DNA from: Octopus vulgaris
Taxonomy: Eukaryota
Assembly (NCBI GenBank): GCA_951406725.2
Contig: OX597824.1
Span: 19,840,001 to 19,904,000 of the forward strand
DNA length: 64,000 nucleotides
Direction: 5' to 3'
Part shown: positions 13,033 through 25,398 of the stretch, piece after piece
Layout: every line of letters begins with the position of its first letter
How positions within the stretch are numbered: the stretch's first letter is position 1
Made by a program: the position numbers and the translations under genes
Notes under the pieces: model-generated
Seen by the model: the letters and a program-made list of their open reading frames with translations, nothing else
Told to the model about the DNA's origin: nothing
Databases searched by the model: none

Positions 13033-15023
13033 AGTGTATATATATATATAAATATATATATATAAAATCCTACTGTATTTTTATAGAATATTATTGGGAA
13101 TTGTAATAAAAACAGAAATTGAAATGTTTTGTGTATTGTAGATACAAAATCTTAAGGACCCTGATTGGGACCCACTGACCTAAACATGTTTTTAAATGCT
13201 TATGTATCATAAGGAGGAGAGAGAGATCTTAAGGTTTTATTTGGACCCTTGACCAGGAAGGAATTTATCTTGAAAAGCACCCCGTGTTTCTCCCTGTAGT
13301 GTTGACTTGTTAGTGTCCCTATTGCAAAGGGTCTTTATTAGAAACCAGTAGTATAGTGTATGAGTGTTGTTGTTGCTTATCTTCAGGTCGAGACATTCCA
13401 ACCTTAACCATCCTGACTCTTTAGGAGTATCCGAGACTACATCTTTCCAATTAAATTTTGAGTTTAAATTAGTGTTTGTTTTTTTTTAAATTACAGTCTT
13501 ATTTTTAAAGAGTATTCACTGCTATTTCTTTTAGGCCAGGTGGCCATATGGAATAATAATAATGATGATAATAATAATAATAATAAGCAATGATGGTAAA
13601 AGAAGGCGGTGATGGTGGGGAAGATGCCTGTTAGAATCAGTGTCCAGCAAATTGTGACCTTTTGACCTGTAATGAAATAAGGAAGTGTTAGGTTAGTTTG
13701 GTGTTGTATAGATATGTACCTGTGAGGCAAGTGACATGGAAGTGGTGAACTCAGATAATTGTTGGGGTCAGTGTTTCCAAAAGGATTGTCTTGTAGTTGC
13801 TTTGGCTGTTTCCTTCTTCCATGTCAGAGACTATGGTAATTTAATTGATTGAAGCCTTGCGACTGACTGTGTTCTACAGAAGAGTTGGTGATATTCTTTC
13901 TGGAACAGTCTTGGTACACAACAGCTTCAAGAAATAATTCTTGTGCCATCACAGTTAAAAAGTATGGATATAGTTTTTGGCCGAAGGAGAAAGGTCTTGG
14001 ACGTATCCCGTAGATGAAAGCTTACCAATTCGAGAAATGGTTTCTCGTGTAACCTTTGCCTTGAGCTTTATTGACACAGCACAAAGGAATATCTGATATA
14101 TAAAACTCTATGTGCTACCACTTCCTTCTAGATTGTACTGTGTCAACCCAGTAATCACAGGGCTTCTGTTTGATAGCAGACTGGACAGGGTCTATTAGGG
14201 AACACGAGTTTGTAATCTCACTGCCAACAACCATTGGCAAGAAGAAATGGTAAGAGATAGTCCTATGACTCACTTTGGAAAACTGTCTTACCTATCTTGT
14301 AGTGTAGATTTGGTGAGGCGATTCCCATCATCACTACCATTAGTGTTGGTTCACTAATAAGACTTCTTTTAACATTATCGTTATTTCTTTGCCCTCCTGG
14401 GGCTGTTGTTGGAATAAGAAATCAAGAAAGAAAGACGAAGGAGGGACATGTTGTTATATACATTCAGAAACTAAATCCAACTATTGGCCAAAATAATTAG
14501 GTAAATAATAATTAAACTAATTGTTTCACAAGGTCAGTACGCTATTACCCATTGTATAATGTAATTACAATATTACCCATTTGGTATTATAGTATAAATT
14601 TAATAACATAATGCTGTATAATGTAATTATCGTGTGGCATAATACAAGTATAATATTACGATATAATAGAGGTGGTGGCGTAAGAATCAGTAGGAGAATG
14701 AAGTATACATTTAGATATAGCAGTTTCTGAGTTCAAATCCAGCAAAGTTGACATTCTCTTGGGCTTCATGAATAAGCTGGTGCCAGGGGAAATATTGGTG
14801 TGGTTTCATGAATGGTGAATGGCAGTGTCCAGCTTTGTGCTGCTGATGTAAGAAGCGGGATAACAGTATCGTGTGGTACCTGCATGCAAAGCTATAAGTG
14901 GTTATTATTACATAATTTCTGGTGTGTGTGTATTCCGGTAGTTGGTAAGTTTTTTTAAAAAAGCTATGTCCAGCTACTTAGAATAAAGAGCTCAAAGACA
15001 AATCTGAAAGTGAATAGAATATT

Positions 15024-15095
15024 TAATCCAAAAGGATTAGTCCAACAAAATATGTTCTGTTTCAGCTATGGTTCTTCAGGAACTCTTATGGATTA
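15024..15095 (-). ncRNA. Type I hammerhead ribozyme motif
   Basis: Minus strand reads agttc CTGAAGA a-ccatagc-t GAA acagaa-cata-ttttgt T ggact: intact core, 6-bp stem III, 5-bp stem I extended by taatcca/tggatta; stem II only about 1 bp. Confidence 0.6.
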
Positions 15096-15112
15096 TATAT
15101 ATATATATATAT

Positions 15113-15258
15113 AATATTAATTAGAGACAAAACCACTATTATGCAAATCAAACAAAGAAAGACTTAATCCAATACATAAAAAATTTTATATAAATTAAAT
15201 AAAAATAAATTCGCCACTACAATTGTTTCGTGTCTCTTCTAAGGACATTCATCAGGTA
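15113..15258 (-). mobile_element. Penelope-like element terminal-repeat remnant between (TA)n tracts
   Basis: Hammerhead motif at its 5' end followed by a U-rich tail; flanked by (TA)n on both sides. Confidence 0.55.
15215..15258 (-). ncRNA. Minimal type I hammerhead ribozyme motif
   Basis: Minus strand reads tac CTGATGA a-tgtc-cttagaaga-gaca-c GAA acaattgt A gtg: intact core, stem II tgtc/gaca, palindromic stem III acaattgt, GUA cleavage triplet, short stem I. Confidence 0.7.
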
Positions 15259-15283
15259 TACATATATATATAATGATGTAGAC

Positions 15284-15582
15284 CAGTGGTTCTCAACCAG
15301 AGTCCATGTACGATTTGGGGGATCCACAGAAGTATTATAAGGGTCCCTGAAAAATTTTTGCTTCAGCTATATGTACTAGTATGTATTGTAAAAAAAAAAC
15401 AGCTGGGTTTCTTTAAGGTTTTACTGAGTTCACCCTACATGAGTTGATATGGGGGAAACAGTAGGGATTTTGAAAGAAGTATTTATAAAACTAGTTTTTT
15501 AACCGTCGAATAGCTATAGGGGTCCACCAGAATAAAACAGTAATCAAAGGGGTCCGTTGATAAAAATGGTTGAGAAATCCTG
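15284..15582. mobile_element. hAT (Charlie/Buster-like) MITE
   Basis: TIR cagtggttctcaacc / ggttgagaaatcctg; perfect 8-bp TSD atgtagac at 15276-15283 and 15583-15590. Confidence 0.88.
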
Positions 15583-16552
15583 ATGTAGACATCAGAAATT
15601 TTGCCAAATGAATAATATCAATTAAACCCACCCAGTCTTAGGTGGGTACTCCATTTTACCCACCCCGGAAGGACTGGAACTGAAGACTTAAGTGGATGCA
15701 ATTTATAGAAAAAGAAAAAAGAAAGCCATTTTGTCCAGTAATCAACCAACTCCATTATTTTGCTGCCCTTATAATAGAAGTAAAAATAATTAGACCGAAC
15801 AATTAACTAGAACCATAATTACAAATAATAATAGTTGTTATTGTTGTGAAGAATTTGAAAATTGGACCAAAATATCATAGCATCATCATCATCATAATAA
15901 TAATGATAATCAACAGTAACAGGACATTTTTTTTTTTTTTTTGACATTGCAGATTCTTGTCTAAGGTTAACTTGTTATTAGTATTGAGCAAAAATAACGG
16001 AACGCTGCTTAAATAACATTCATAAAGCCAGGACTATTAAGTGGCAGCCCGTCAGCCGTATGCAATGTCACTAAATGTCTTAACCCTTTCAGGCCTGTAT
16101 TTCTAATTAGGTAGACAGATTTGTGGGTTTCAATTAATTTCTCCCTGTAATCAACACCTTCACACCACCCCTGCACATCTTCTTCTGCTCCTCACCTTCC
16201 CTCCTACAGCCAAGTGTTAGCCAAAGTAGTATAACCTGCTCCATTTAAACAAAAATTTGACAAATGAGGGTGTGATTGAAACGTAGCTGCTATTTCAAGC
16301 AGTTTGATCAAACATGTAGAGGTTCCCCAATACAAGTGTCAAATAACTAAAAATTCCATAGCATCACTGGTACTGTGATGTTTAACTTAAATTTCAACTC
16401 TTTAACTATTGGTGGTCATAAGTGGATTGGTATCAAAAGGGGCTAGGATTTTATTATTTTGCCCTTTTTTTTTCTTCGTACATTGTTGTCATTTGTTGTT
16501 CAGCTCCCTAGAGTAATCCGGTTAACCCTTTAGCCTTCAAACAATCCCATCG

Positions 16553-16585
<33 letters not shown>

Positions 16586-16611
16586 CTGTGTTTGTCCCCC
16601 TTGGCAACTGA

Positions 16612-16914
16612 TGTTGTCTCTTTAAGTGAACATTTTTCTGGTTGAAATACACCGAAAAATGGCGACACAGCAGTCAAAAAATCGTTAAAAAATAGTCGAT
16701 TTTCATAGAAAAAAAGCACCTTTTTGATGTAAATAATTTTTGGTGTTAACATGGTCCGATTTGAATTTTATCTTCTACGGAATGAAGAGCAAGCCCTCTT
16801 CTATCATACTCTCAATTTTGGTCAACTTGCGCCGCAGGGTCTCGGAGGAGATAGTGTTAGTTGAAGGCTAGCAAACCTGCCATACACAGACAACTTCAGC
16901 TTTATATATGTAGA
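16612..16914 (-). mobile_element. Non-autonomous Helitron-like element, 5' portion
   Basis: Minus strand begins A|TCtacatatataaagctgaagttgtctgtg, similar to the 5' end of the Helitron at 51395; 3' end not clearly seen. Confidence 0.55.
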
Positions 16915-17347
16915 TTGGAACAAAGACATTGCATTTCATTAACGAAAGGATCTGGCAACGGGAGGATTAAGCAAGATATCCGACCAATTCTAGCAGCAAA
17001 TGTTTATATGAATGTAGCCTTCACTCTGCAAAAAAAAATAACAACTAAAAAACAAAAACCTAGGTTCTTATTTAGCTGCTATTTCTTACAGGTCAAGTGA
17101 CTACAGAGATATGCTGGCTTCTGTGTATATTTTAGCAGTGTCTGGTATTTAACAGCGACTGCTTGATATATAAACATCTGCTTGTATGGCCAAGAATCCC
17201 TCCCAATACCTTGTTGTCTATAGATGTCCCAAAAGGGTGAAAGGGCACCAGATTATTTGGTTTGGCTTCAAATATCTACACATGTAATTTGAGAATTGCT
17301 AATACCAAGCAGTGGCATTATCCAAGCGGCTCTGATTGTGCAACCTA

Positions 17348-17410
<63 letters not shown>

Positions 17411-17864
17411 GAACTTGGTGTTAGAATGTCTCCATTAGGCGCTTTCGGTCTACATATGTTCTGTGGCTGTGGCTGGTTCTTGTAACTCAATGGGCTTTTT
17501 GTTTTTTAAATGTCATCTCGTTGGTTTTCTGATGTGTAAACATATGCTGCTGCCGATGATGATGATAATGATAATGATGATGATGGGCGTGTTGTAATGT
17601 CCGTGCATTTACACATGCATAAGCGTAATTAATTGCGTGTGTGTGTATGTATGTGTACACACGTACACACCCATAGGCATCATTTGTGTGTATGTGTGTG
17701 TGTGTGTGTGTGTATGCATGTGTGCATTGTCTTAGTAACAAGCATTTGTTGTTTGTGTATGTATGTGTGTCTATCATTAGTGTTTGACCAGAAGTTAATG
17801 TATATATGTGTAGTGTATGTGTATAGTTCATTGTACATCCATTTTCCCATACTAGCATGAGGAG

Positions 17865-17867
<3 letters not shown>

Positions 17868-17903
<36 letters not shown>

Positions 17904-17978
17904 TATATGCACATATATATATGTATGTATGTATATATATATACATATGTATATATATATACATACATATATATATAT

Positions 17979-18052
<74 letters not shown>
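17868..18052. repeat. Long compound (TA)n/(CA)n/(GA)n microsatellite (one of dozens in the window)
   Basis: Directly visible dinucleotide tracts. Confidence 0.95.
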
Positions 18053-18053
<1 letters not shown>

Positions 18054-18830
18054 GGCATGAATAACCTAGAAAATAGTTGAGTGATCACTGTTGGAATGTC
18101 TTTAATCATAAATCTGATTCAATCAAGGTTAAACAGGACTTACACGACTTGAGCCACAAGTACAAGGCTGGTTGGTTGGTTGGTAAGAGAAAACCATCAT
18201 CTGTAGACTCTTGTCTTTGAAAGGTTAAGGTCATACATTGCAGAACGGTAGCCACTTTAGCCTACAGTCTGTAGAGCAGGACTGAGAGACATCTTGTGAA
18301 AAATGTATTTTGAAAGTTGTGACATTTAGACTCGAGTCAGTTCTGATTGAGAGAACTCACCAGATATTTCTACCCTGACATTTAGGACTATGTTAGCCAA
18401 TGTATCTGCCCATTTTTAAGGCTATGGTTTGAGGGCAGTGCGACTACTATTCAAATGGACATATATATATATATATATGCTTTGTCTCTGTTTTTTGTCT
18501 TTTAGCTAGGACAGAAGGCCAATGCACAAAATCTCCCAAAAGGGGTTACTAGGGTTAGGGAGGTAACTATTCTCGGATTAGAGAACCCGACCTCAATACT
18601 TGCAATTGAGTGGGTTTTCACTAAAGGTAGTTGAGGACCATGTGGTTGTGTTAAACCAAAGAATTAAAGCCTACCATTTCTGAAGGCTGTGACAGAATTT
18701 GAAATCTAAATGTAAAGGGCTGGAAAAAATATCACAATTTCTTTCTCATCTGACACTAACAATTCCACCAATCCAATGCCCTAGACTGAAATTTCACTGA
18801 TTGTCCCCTAAACAATAAATAGTTAATCCT

Positions 18831-19300
18831 TCATTCCCTATGTGGCATAGACCATCGATGAATTTTCTCCAGTTTTCAACTCTGGCCTGTCTATTTTCTG
18901 TTCCCCTTTAGTTGGATCCCTTTTTATCATCTCTACCTCAGTATCCTGCCCCACCTATTTTTAGGGCTCCCTCTCATCTGAGTTCCAGCTCAGGGCTTGA
19001 AACTATTATTGCCTTGAGGAAAAGCCTTCTTCTCCCAAACCTTGTTGGTTGTGAATTGTCATCAATGCTTCTGCAACCTTGCCTTTCCTTAGATAGGAGT
19101 GTTGGACATATGCACCTCCCTACACATTTCTTTTAACCAATAGGAAGAGGTGGTCCCTATTAGTTTGCCGTATGTCCTTTTCCCTTCTGTTCAGCATGGG
19201 TGGCCATACCAGGAACTCGCAATCTGCTGACATACATCTCAGCCGTTGAGGCATACAAGTCTCCACTCCACCATATCACAAACGAGGAGTGGACCTCGGT
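18831..19300 (-). mobile_element. Internally deleted RTE-clade LINE (5' UTR joined to ORF C-terminus)
   Basis: 5' part resembles RTE 5' UTRs (ggtggagtggagacttgtatgcctcaa...cctggtatggccacccatgc); 3' part translates with frameshifts as QALSWN..RGSPKNRW...NWRKFIDGLCHIG. Confidence 0.6.
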
Positions 19301-20081
19301 GGTGGTGAAGGATGAATGGCAGACTTGATTTCTCTAGGATTCGAACTCTGAATAAATACTGCAAAGCTGTTTTGCCATCGCACACTCTAACAACTCTGCC
19401 ATTTCACTGCTTATACGGTTACAGTGTCTGTGTGTCTAATGTGTTAATTGCACAGAGAAAGTGCTCCACAACAACAACAACAGCTAAGCAATCAAGGATT
19501 ATTTTTGTTGTTGTTATTGTTTTTGTTGCACCTTTTATCAATGGTGAAATATATAAGATTTCTCTCCAAAAAGCTCCCTCTCCACCTTGCCACACTCCCT
19601 TTTTTTTTTTCTTTCGTTTTTTTTTTATTTATTTTTTTTTGTAATCAAATTTCTGGTGTTGTGTGCATTATTGAACAGGGAGGTGCACACGAGTTTGCAG
19701 GTGCATTGTCAAGAGGTGATGCATTTGCAAAAGAAGTTTCTCCTCCACCACCACCATCACTACCCCTGCTCCCCCTCCCCGCTCCCCCCTCTTCAGTCTG
19801 TTTAATAGATAAGACACATTACGGTGGTGGTGGAAGAACGACATTCATTCGTATGGCAGAGATAGTCTTTAAAATTACATTAAGGCTCTTGTGTAAAAGT
19901 CGGGCTCTTTTACACTTTAAGGTCCTTGGTAGTGTTGTTGTTGTTGTTGTTACTGCGGCACTGGCGGTGGGGGTGGTTGGGTGGTGGGGTTCTGTTTTTT
20001 TCTACAAGATTATTCAAAACTGTCAATTAGAATTAATTATTGCCTGCACTTAAGAGTCTTTCTTTGGTGGTGATGATGCTG

Positions 20082-20122
<41 letters not shown>

Positions 20123-20310
20123 TACAAATATGATGATGATGATGATAATAATAATAGTAATAAGTGATAAATACAATTATAACATGATGACGATGTTAGT
20201 GGATAAATACAAATATAATAAATATAATTTCAAGATAACTTATTACTCTTACTTTTATAACTTTTATTTGGTTCTTTAAGTTTCTTTTGTTGTTGTTGTT
20301 GTTGTAATTA

Positions 20311-20455
20311 AGGTGGTGAGCTGGCAGAATGCTTAGTGTTACTTCGTCCGTAGCTGCGTTCTGAGTTCAACTTCTGCCATGGTCAACTTTGCCTTTCGGC
20401 ATTTCGAGGTTGATAAATTAAGTACCTGTGAAACATTGGGGTCAATGTAATCGAT
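20311..20455 (+). mobile_element. SINE S2, decayed
   Basis: ggtggtgagctggcagaa head and gttgataaattaagtacc core. Confidence 0.75.
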
Positions 20456-20505
20456 GGCAACAGGCATTAAATGATGATGATGATGTGTGTGTGTGTATAT
20501 GTAAA

Positions 20506-20554
<49 letters not shown>

Positions 20555-20568
20555 TCACGGAGAGCTAT

Positions 20569-20714
20569 ACTCATAGAGTGGCTGGCGTTAGGAAGGACAT
20601 CCAGCTTTAGAAACACTGCCAGACCAGACTGGAGCAGCCTCCTGGCTTCCCAGACCCTGGTCGAACCGTCCAACCCATGCTAGCACGGAAAACAGACGTT
20701 AAACGATGATGACG
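20569..20714 (+). mobile_element. SINE S3 3' fragment
   Basis: ggcgttaggaaggacatccagc core and gttaaacgatgatga tail. Confidence 0.85.
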
Positions 20715-20751
20715 AGATAGATAGATATATATATATAGATAGATAGATAGA

Positions 20752-20940
20752 TCGTTAGCTCCTATACGCATTTTTTCTCTCCTTGTTTCTCTCCTTTTTT
20801 TTTCTGTGTATCTTATCTTTCTGTAGAAGAGCGTAGGCTCGAAACGTAAAAGACTTTTTCTATTCCTGAGCGCTATACTAATACATCTGTTTGTTTTGTA
20901 CTCCACCTGCCTTCGTCTTTTGTTTATTTTCGTAAACTTT
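20752..20940 (+). mobile_element. Penelope-like terminal-repeat remnant with degenerate hammerhead (20816-20853)
   Basis: tcttt CTGTAGA a gagc-gtag-gctc GAAA cgt A aaaga: stems I and II pair, one core mismatch; flanked by (GATA)n and (TA)n; related to 48290-48482. Confidence 0.6.
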
Positions 20941-20967
20941 ATTTATATATATATATATACACATATA

Positions 20968-21204
20968 CAGGGTAGCCTAAAAGTAGCTTTACAGTTAACA
21001 CTTAGGTACTTCAAATTTCTTTTAAAACATTTTATTATATTTAAATTTCTATCTTACAAACTGAAAAGGTAGGTCGACAAAATTAACTAAATTAGCTTAG
21101 AATAATAGTTTTGTATCTTTATTATAATTAAGATTTAAACTGTAAATATATGAATGCGAAAGAGATAGTTGAATAAACTGCAAGCCTACTTTTAGGCCAT
21201 CCTG
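20968..21204. mobile_element. Tc1/mariner-type MITE
   Basis: About 29-bp imperfect TIR cagggtagcctaaaagtagctttacagtt / aactgcaagcctacttttaggccatcctg; TA on both sides (20966-20967, 21205-21206). Confidence 0.85.
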
Positions 21205-21304
21205 TATAGCAATTTAGCCAGGTGTAAAATTCACCTGAGGCATATTAAATATCCGAATAATTTACTGGTTTATATTTGTTCAATTTATTATTTTGTTTTC
21301 CATT

Positions 21305-21350
21305 TCGTAATGATTTATTTTTTTTTCTATTTTTCTATTTTTAGGTAAGT
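21305..21350 (+). other. Candidate recursive splice site (zero-length exon) AG|GTAAGT
   Basis: Branch-like gtaat, about 28-nt pyrimidine-rich tract, TAG (21342-21344) immediately followed by consensus donor GTAAGT (21345-21350). Confidence 0.45.
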
Positions 21351-21864
21351 ATCCAGATGACATTTTCTACTTTGGAATGGATTTTTAAAGGATTCTATTA
21401 TTCCTCTTCGCTACAAATGGCATCTTGCTACTACATCAGATAAGAATGTTTACATATATTTACTCCTTCTCTCTTACTGTCTCTCCCTCTCCCTTTCTCT
21501 CTCCCTCTCTCACTTATTTTTTTTTTTCAGTAAATATTATAAATTTTTTTTTAAAATTATGGTTTATAGCCCCAACACTTTCTATGTTTGTGAGTCTTTC
21601 TAGCAACATGTCCTCATCTCTCTCAATTTCATGCGTGTTTAATTTCAAACCTGAGTCTTTCCATCTGTGAGTATCAAGGCAAAGATACAGACAAGATGGC
21701 AGGGTTGGAGGTGGGTTCAGTCCTTTCCATCCCAACACCTGTAGCAGCATTGTGTTCATACATGGTCAACATTCCAGTCCATCTAACTGTAAATAAATAC
21801 TATATAGTAGGGTATTAAGAGCACCATCCAAGCGAGATCATTGCCAGAGCGGATATTTGGCCTA

Positions 21865-22080
21865 AAGGGGCTAAACACAGAGAGGACAAACAAGGACAGA
21901 CAAACGGATTAAGTCGATTACATCGACCCCAGTGTGTAACTGGTACTTAATTTATCGACCCCGAAAGGATGAAAGGCAAAGTGGACCTCGGCGGAATTTG
22001 AACCCAGAACATAAACGGCAGGCGAAATACGGCTACGCATTTCGCCCGGCATGCTAACAATTCTGCCTGATCGCCGCCTT
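21865..22080 (-). mobile_element. SINE S2
   Basis: Similarity to other S2 copies. Confidence 0.9.
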
Positions 22081-22179
22081 ATATATATAGCATAGCTGTG
22101 TATGTTGGTGCACTGTTAAAAAGTCTACTGCCCAATCAGAAAACTCGTGTTCGATTCCAAGGCTTAGAAAATAATTTTG

Positions 22180-22402
22180 GGCGGCGAGCTGGCAGAAACG
22201 TTAGCGCGCCAGGCGAAATGCTTAGCTGTATTTTGTCTGTCGTTACGTTCTGAGTTCAAATTCTGCCGACATCGACTTTGCCTTTTCATCCTTTCAGGTT
22301 CGATAAAGTACCAGTTTCGCACTGGGGTTGATGTAATCAAATTAGTCCCTTTGTCTGTCCTTGTTTGTCCCCTTTATGTTTAGCCCCTCGTGGGTAGTAA
22401 AG

Positions 22403-22407
<5 letters not shown>
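22180..22407 (+). mobile_element. SINE S2
   Basis: Full-length copy ending agtaaagaaata, running into (TA)n. Confidence 0.9.
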
Positions 22408-22454
<47 letters not shown>

Positions 22455-22771
22455 CATGTGTATCCACATGAAAGTTAGTTACCTCTCTGACTTGATGTTA
22501 ATTATCAAAAACTTAATTGCAGGAAAAAAAAAAAAACCTTCAGAATTCTAACTCTTAATGTCTATATTATCTCCCTATTTTTTTTCCAACCCCATCACCA
22601 CCACCACCACCACCACCACCATCACCACCATCAGACAATAACCCCTAATATCCTCTCACTACCACTCTTACCTGTGAATTTAGGAGGAAAACAAACAAGT
22701 CTTTGTGAGTGATTTTTAGATAAAACTGCCTATACACACACACACACTCCCTCTTTCTTTCTCCCTCCCCG

Positions 22772-22802
<31 letters not shown>

Positions 22803-23623
22803 TCTCTCTTCGGTGACACATAAGAAAGGACAAGCCCTTAGCCGTCCGTCTTGTAAAAAAACAAGATGGCTTAGTAAAGAAAGTTATTTCTTGTTCTGTT
22901 CGGAGAGTTTAGTTTATTTTATTTTGTTGCCTGTTTGATTACATGTTTGGCTACACCGCCACCGCCACCGTCACCACCACCACCACCACCACCACCTTCT
23001 TTTACAACATCTCTAACCCCCCCACCCCCACGTCCCCATTACTTTCACTACCCCCCCCCCCCACGTCCACCTCCAACCCCCACCCCCCCGACACCCTCCA
23101 TTTTTCTTTTAGGGGATTTTTGGGGGGACATTTTTTGCTTGTTCTTAGTATGTTTTTTTTTTCTTTTTTTTTTTCCTGCTGTTTTTTTTTTTTGTCTTGT
23201 TTTGTTTTGTTTTGTTTTTAAAGCGTCTCTAATCATGTTGAGAGAAGGAACGCCCTCTTTCAAAGGTAGATTGTTACCCCTACCTTGAAATACTGACTGT
23301 GGATAAAAGGGCTTCTGTGCCCACCCCACCCCACCCCAACCTACCCACCTTGTGGGTTTAGGAGAGTGGAGGAGGGTGAGGGATGAAGTAAAGGTTTCCA
23401 TGGAAGTTTTTTTTTTTTTTTTTTTGTATTTTAGTTATTTACATATTTAATTTTTTTTTTTTTTTTAATTTTGCTTATTCTCTTTATTTATTTTGAAAAA
23501 AAAAAGGGGGTGTGTCTCTAGGTGTATTGTACATCGGTGGGACATGATATCAAGTACTGGATGCTGGGGACAAAGGCTTCTTTCAAATCTTACACAGCCA
23601 TGATAATAATGATGATAATAATG

Positions 23624-23659
<36 letters not shown>

Positions 23660-25398
23660 GTAGGAGCAAATCATAGGATAATACCTGGCCAAGACAGCAA
23701 AAGCGGCAGTGATGGTGGCGGTGGTGGTTTTGTGCACAGACAGACAGCCAGCCAACCAGGCACTGACTTAAGGGGCAGAAATATGAGTCGTCAGGTCAGA
23801 GGCAAGAGGGTCCCTTCTCCTATGAGATGAATGGTTTCAACTGAGAATTTGAGAATTAAATACGTACAAAAGACAACTATTGTGTATTATTTGGGGTTCG
23901 TTTTGAGTATTCGTTGTTTTTTCGTTTGTTTTTGTGTCATTTTGAATGACTTTGGTATGTTTATCATATTTTTTTTTAAATCTTTTTTTTTAAATTATTT
24001 TCTTAAAAGCATTTTCCACCGATATTAGTATTTTATTTTGTTTTAGTTCGTTTATTTTATTAATTTAGATATAGTGGTAATGATGCTAATAGTAAATATT
24101 GCTACTCATATTACTTTAGTTTTTTTTTTTTTTTTTTATTTAAATTTTTTTGCAGAATTTAGTTTCAAATATTCTTTCCTTACTTTTTCTTTTTTTCTCT
24201 TTCTATGAATGAATTTTGAAATAAAAGGAAAGAGAAAAAGTCAAGGAAATATAATGGCAATAATGGTATGTGGTATGGTATCGGGTATCAATTGTTCAGA
24301 GAACGGCAGTTTCTGTTTAGTTGGAATAAATAAGTACCAAGATTTTAAGTAATTGCTGTGAGAGAGAGGAAGGCGGGTGGTGGGTGACTAAGTGGATCAG
24401 CGGATGGGTAGGGGGATTTGGTGAATGATAAAAGTACCATTTACCATTCATGTATTAGTTGTAATAGTAAGTTAGTAATATAATTATGAAATCTTCTGCA
24501 ACTGCATGCATGCACATGTTTGTTGTGTTGGTGCAGCCAATGCATAAACTAATAATTAAATTGTTTGCAATCATGATTAATTAATGATTGTTTCTGAAAA
24601 AAAAGGTGCAGGGCCAGAATTTTATTGGAAGTGGGTTTGTTCGGTTACATCAACCCCATGCTTCGTTTTGTTGACCCTTACCTTTTCCACCCCGGAAGGA
24701 TGAAAGACAAATTCAACCTTAGTTGGATTTGAACTCAGATCATTAAGAGCTTGAGTAAATACCCACAAAACATTTTGTCAGACACTCTGGCAATTCAGCC
24801 ATTCTGTTGACCCTCGTTAATAAATTATGGAAAATTAAACACTAAAGGAAAAACTAATTTCGTGTGTTTTTGTAGATCTTCATTATTTTTTTTTTTATTA
24901 GTTTACTATCCTAACTGGTGTTTATATTGAAACTAATACCAAGAACAAAAGATAAGCTTCTAGCTAGTTATAGCCATGAACCGGTTTCAATCTCTAGCTG
25001 CAGCCCCTTGTAACAAAAATAATCCTGAGATTCAAAACAAAAGTATTGCATAGTTTTGTTTTGAATCTTCCTTCAACATTTTCCTTACTTGTCAAGTCGA
25101 AGTACCAGTAATACACTTATGTCCAGTCACTTACCAATGTCCTCTGGGTTTGCTGCAATGTACGAACTATTTGGCCACATAAATATTGAGAAAATAATTA
25201 TTGCTTAGAAAGTAGTTGCTAAAGTAATTAATTAAGAAACAATCAGCTTCTGACTATAATAATGCGCTAAAACTGAGTGTTGTTTTGCTATAGACTAAAC
25301 CCATTTTCTCTTTTTCCCCTCCCTTTGTAATGTTCTCCAGGAAACACACTACGCTGGAAATCCAGTAACCTTTCAGTTTTCCTGTATGGTGTCAAGGG

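Noticed and set aside
13700-14400. Complex, balanced-composition unique stretch
   Set aside because: No long open frame or recognisable protein or repeat motif; left unannotated
18549-18561. tagggttaggg telomere-like motif
   Set aside because: Fewer than two full repeats; expected by chance
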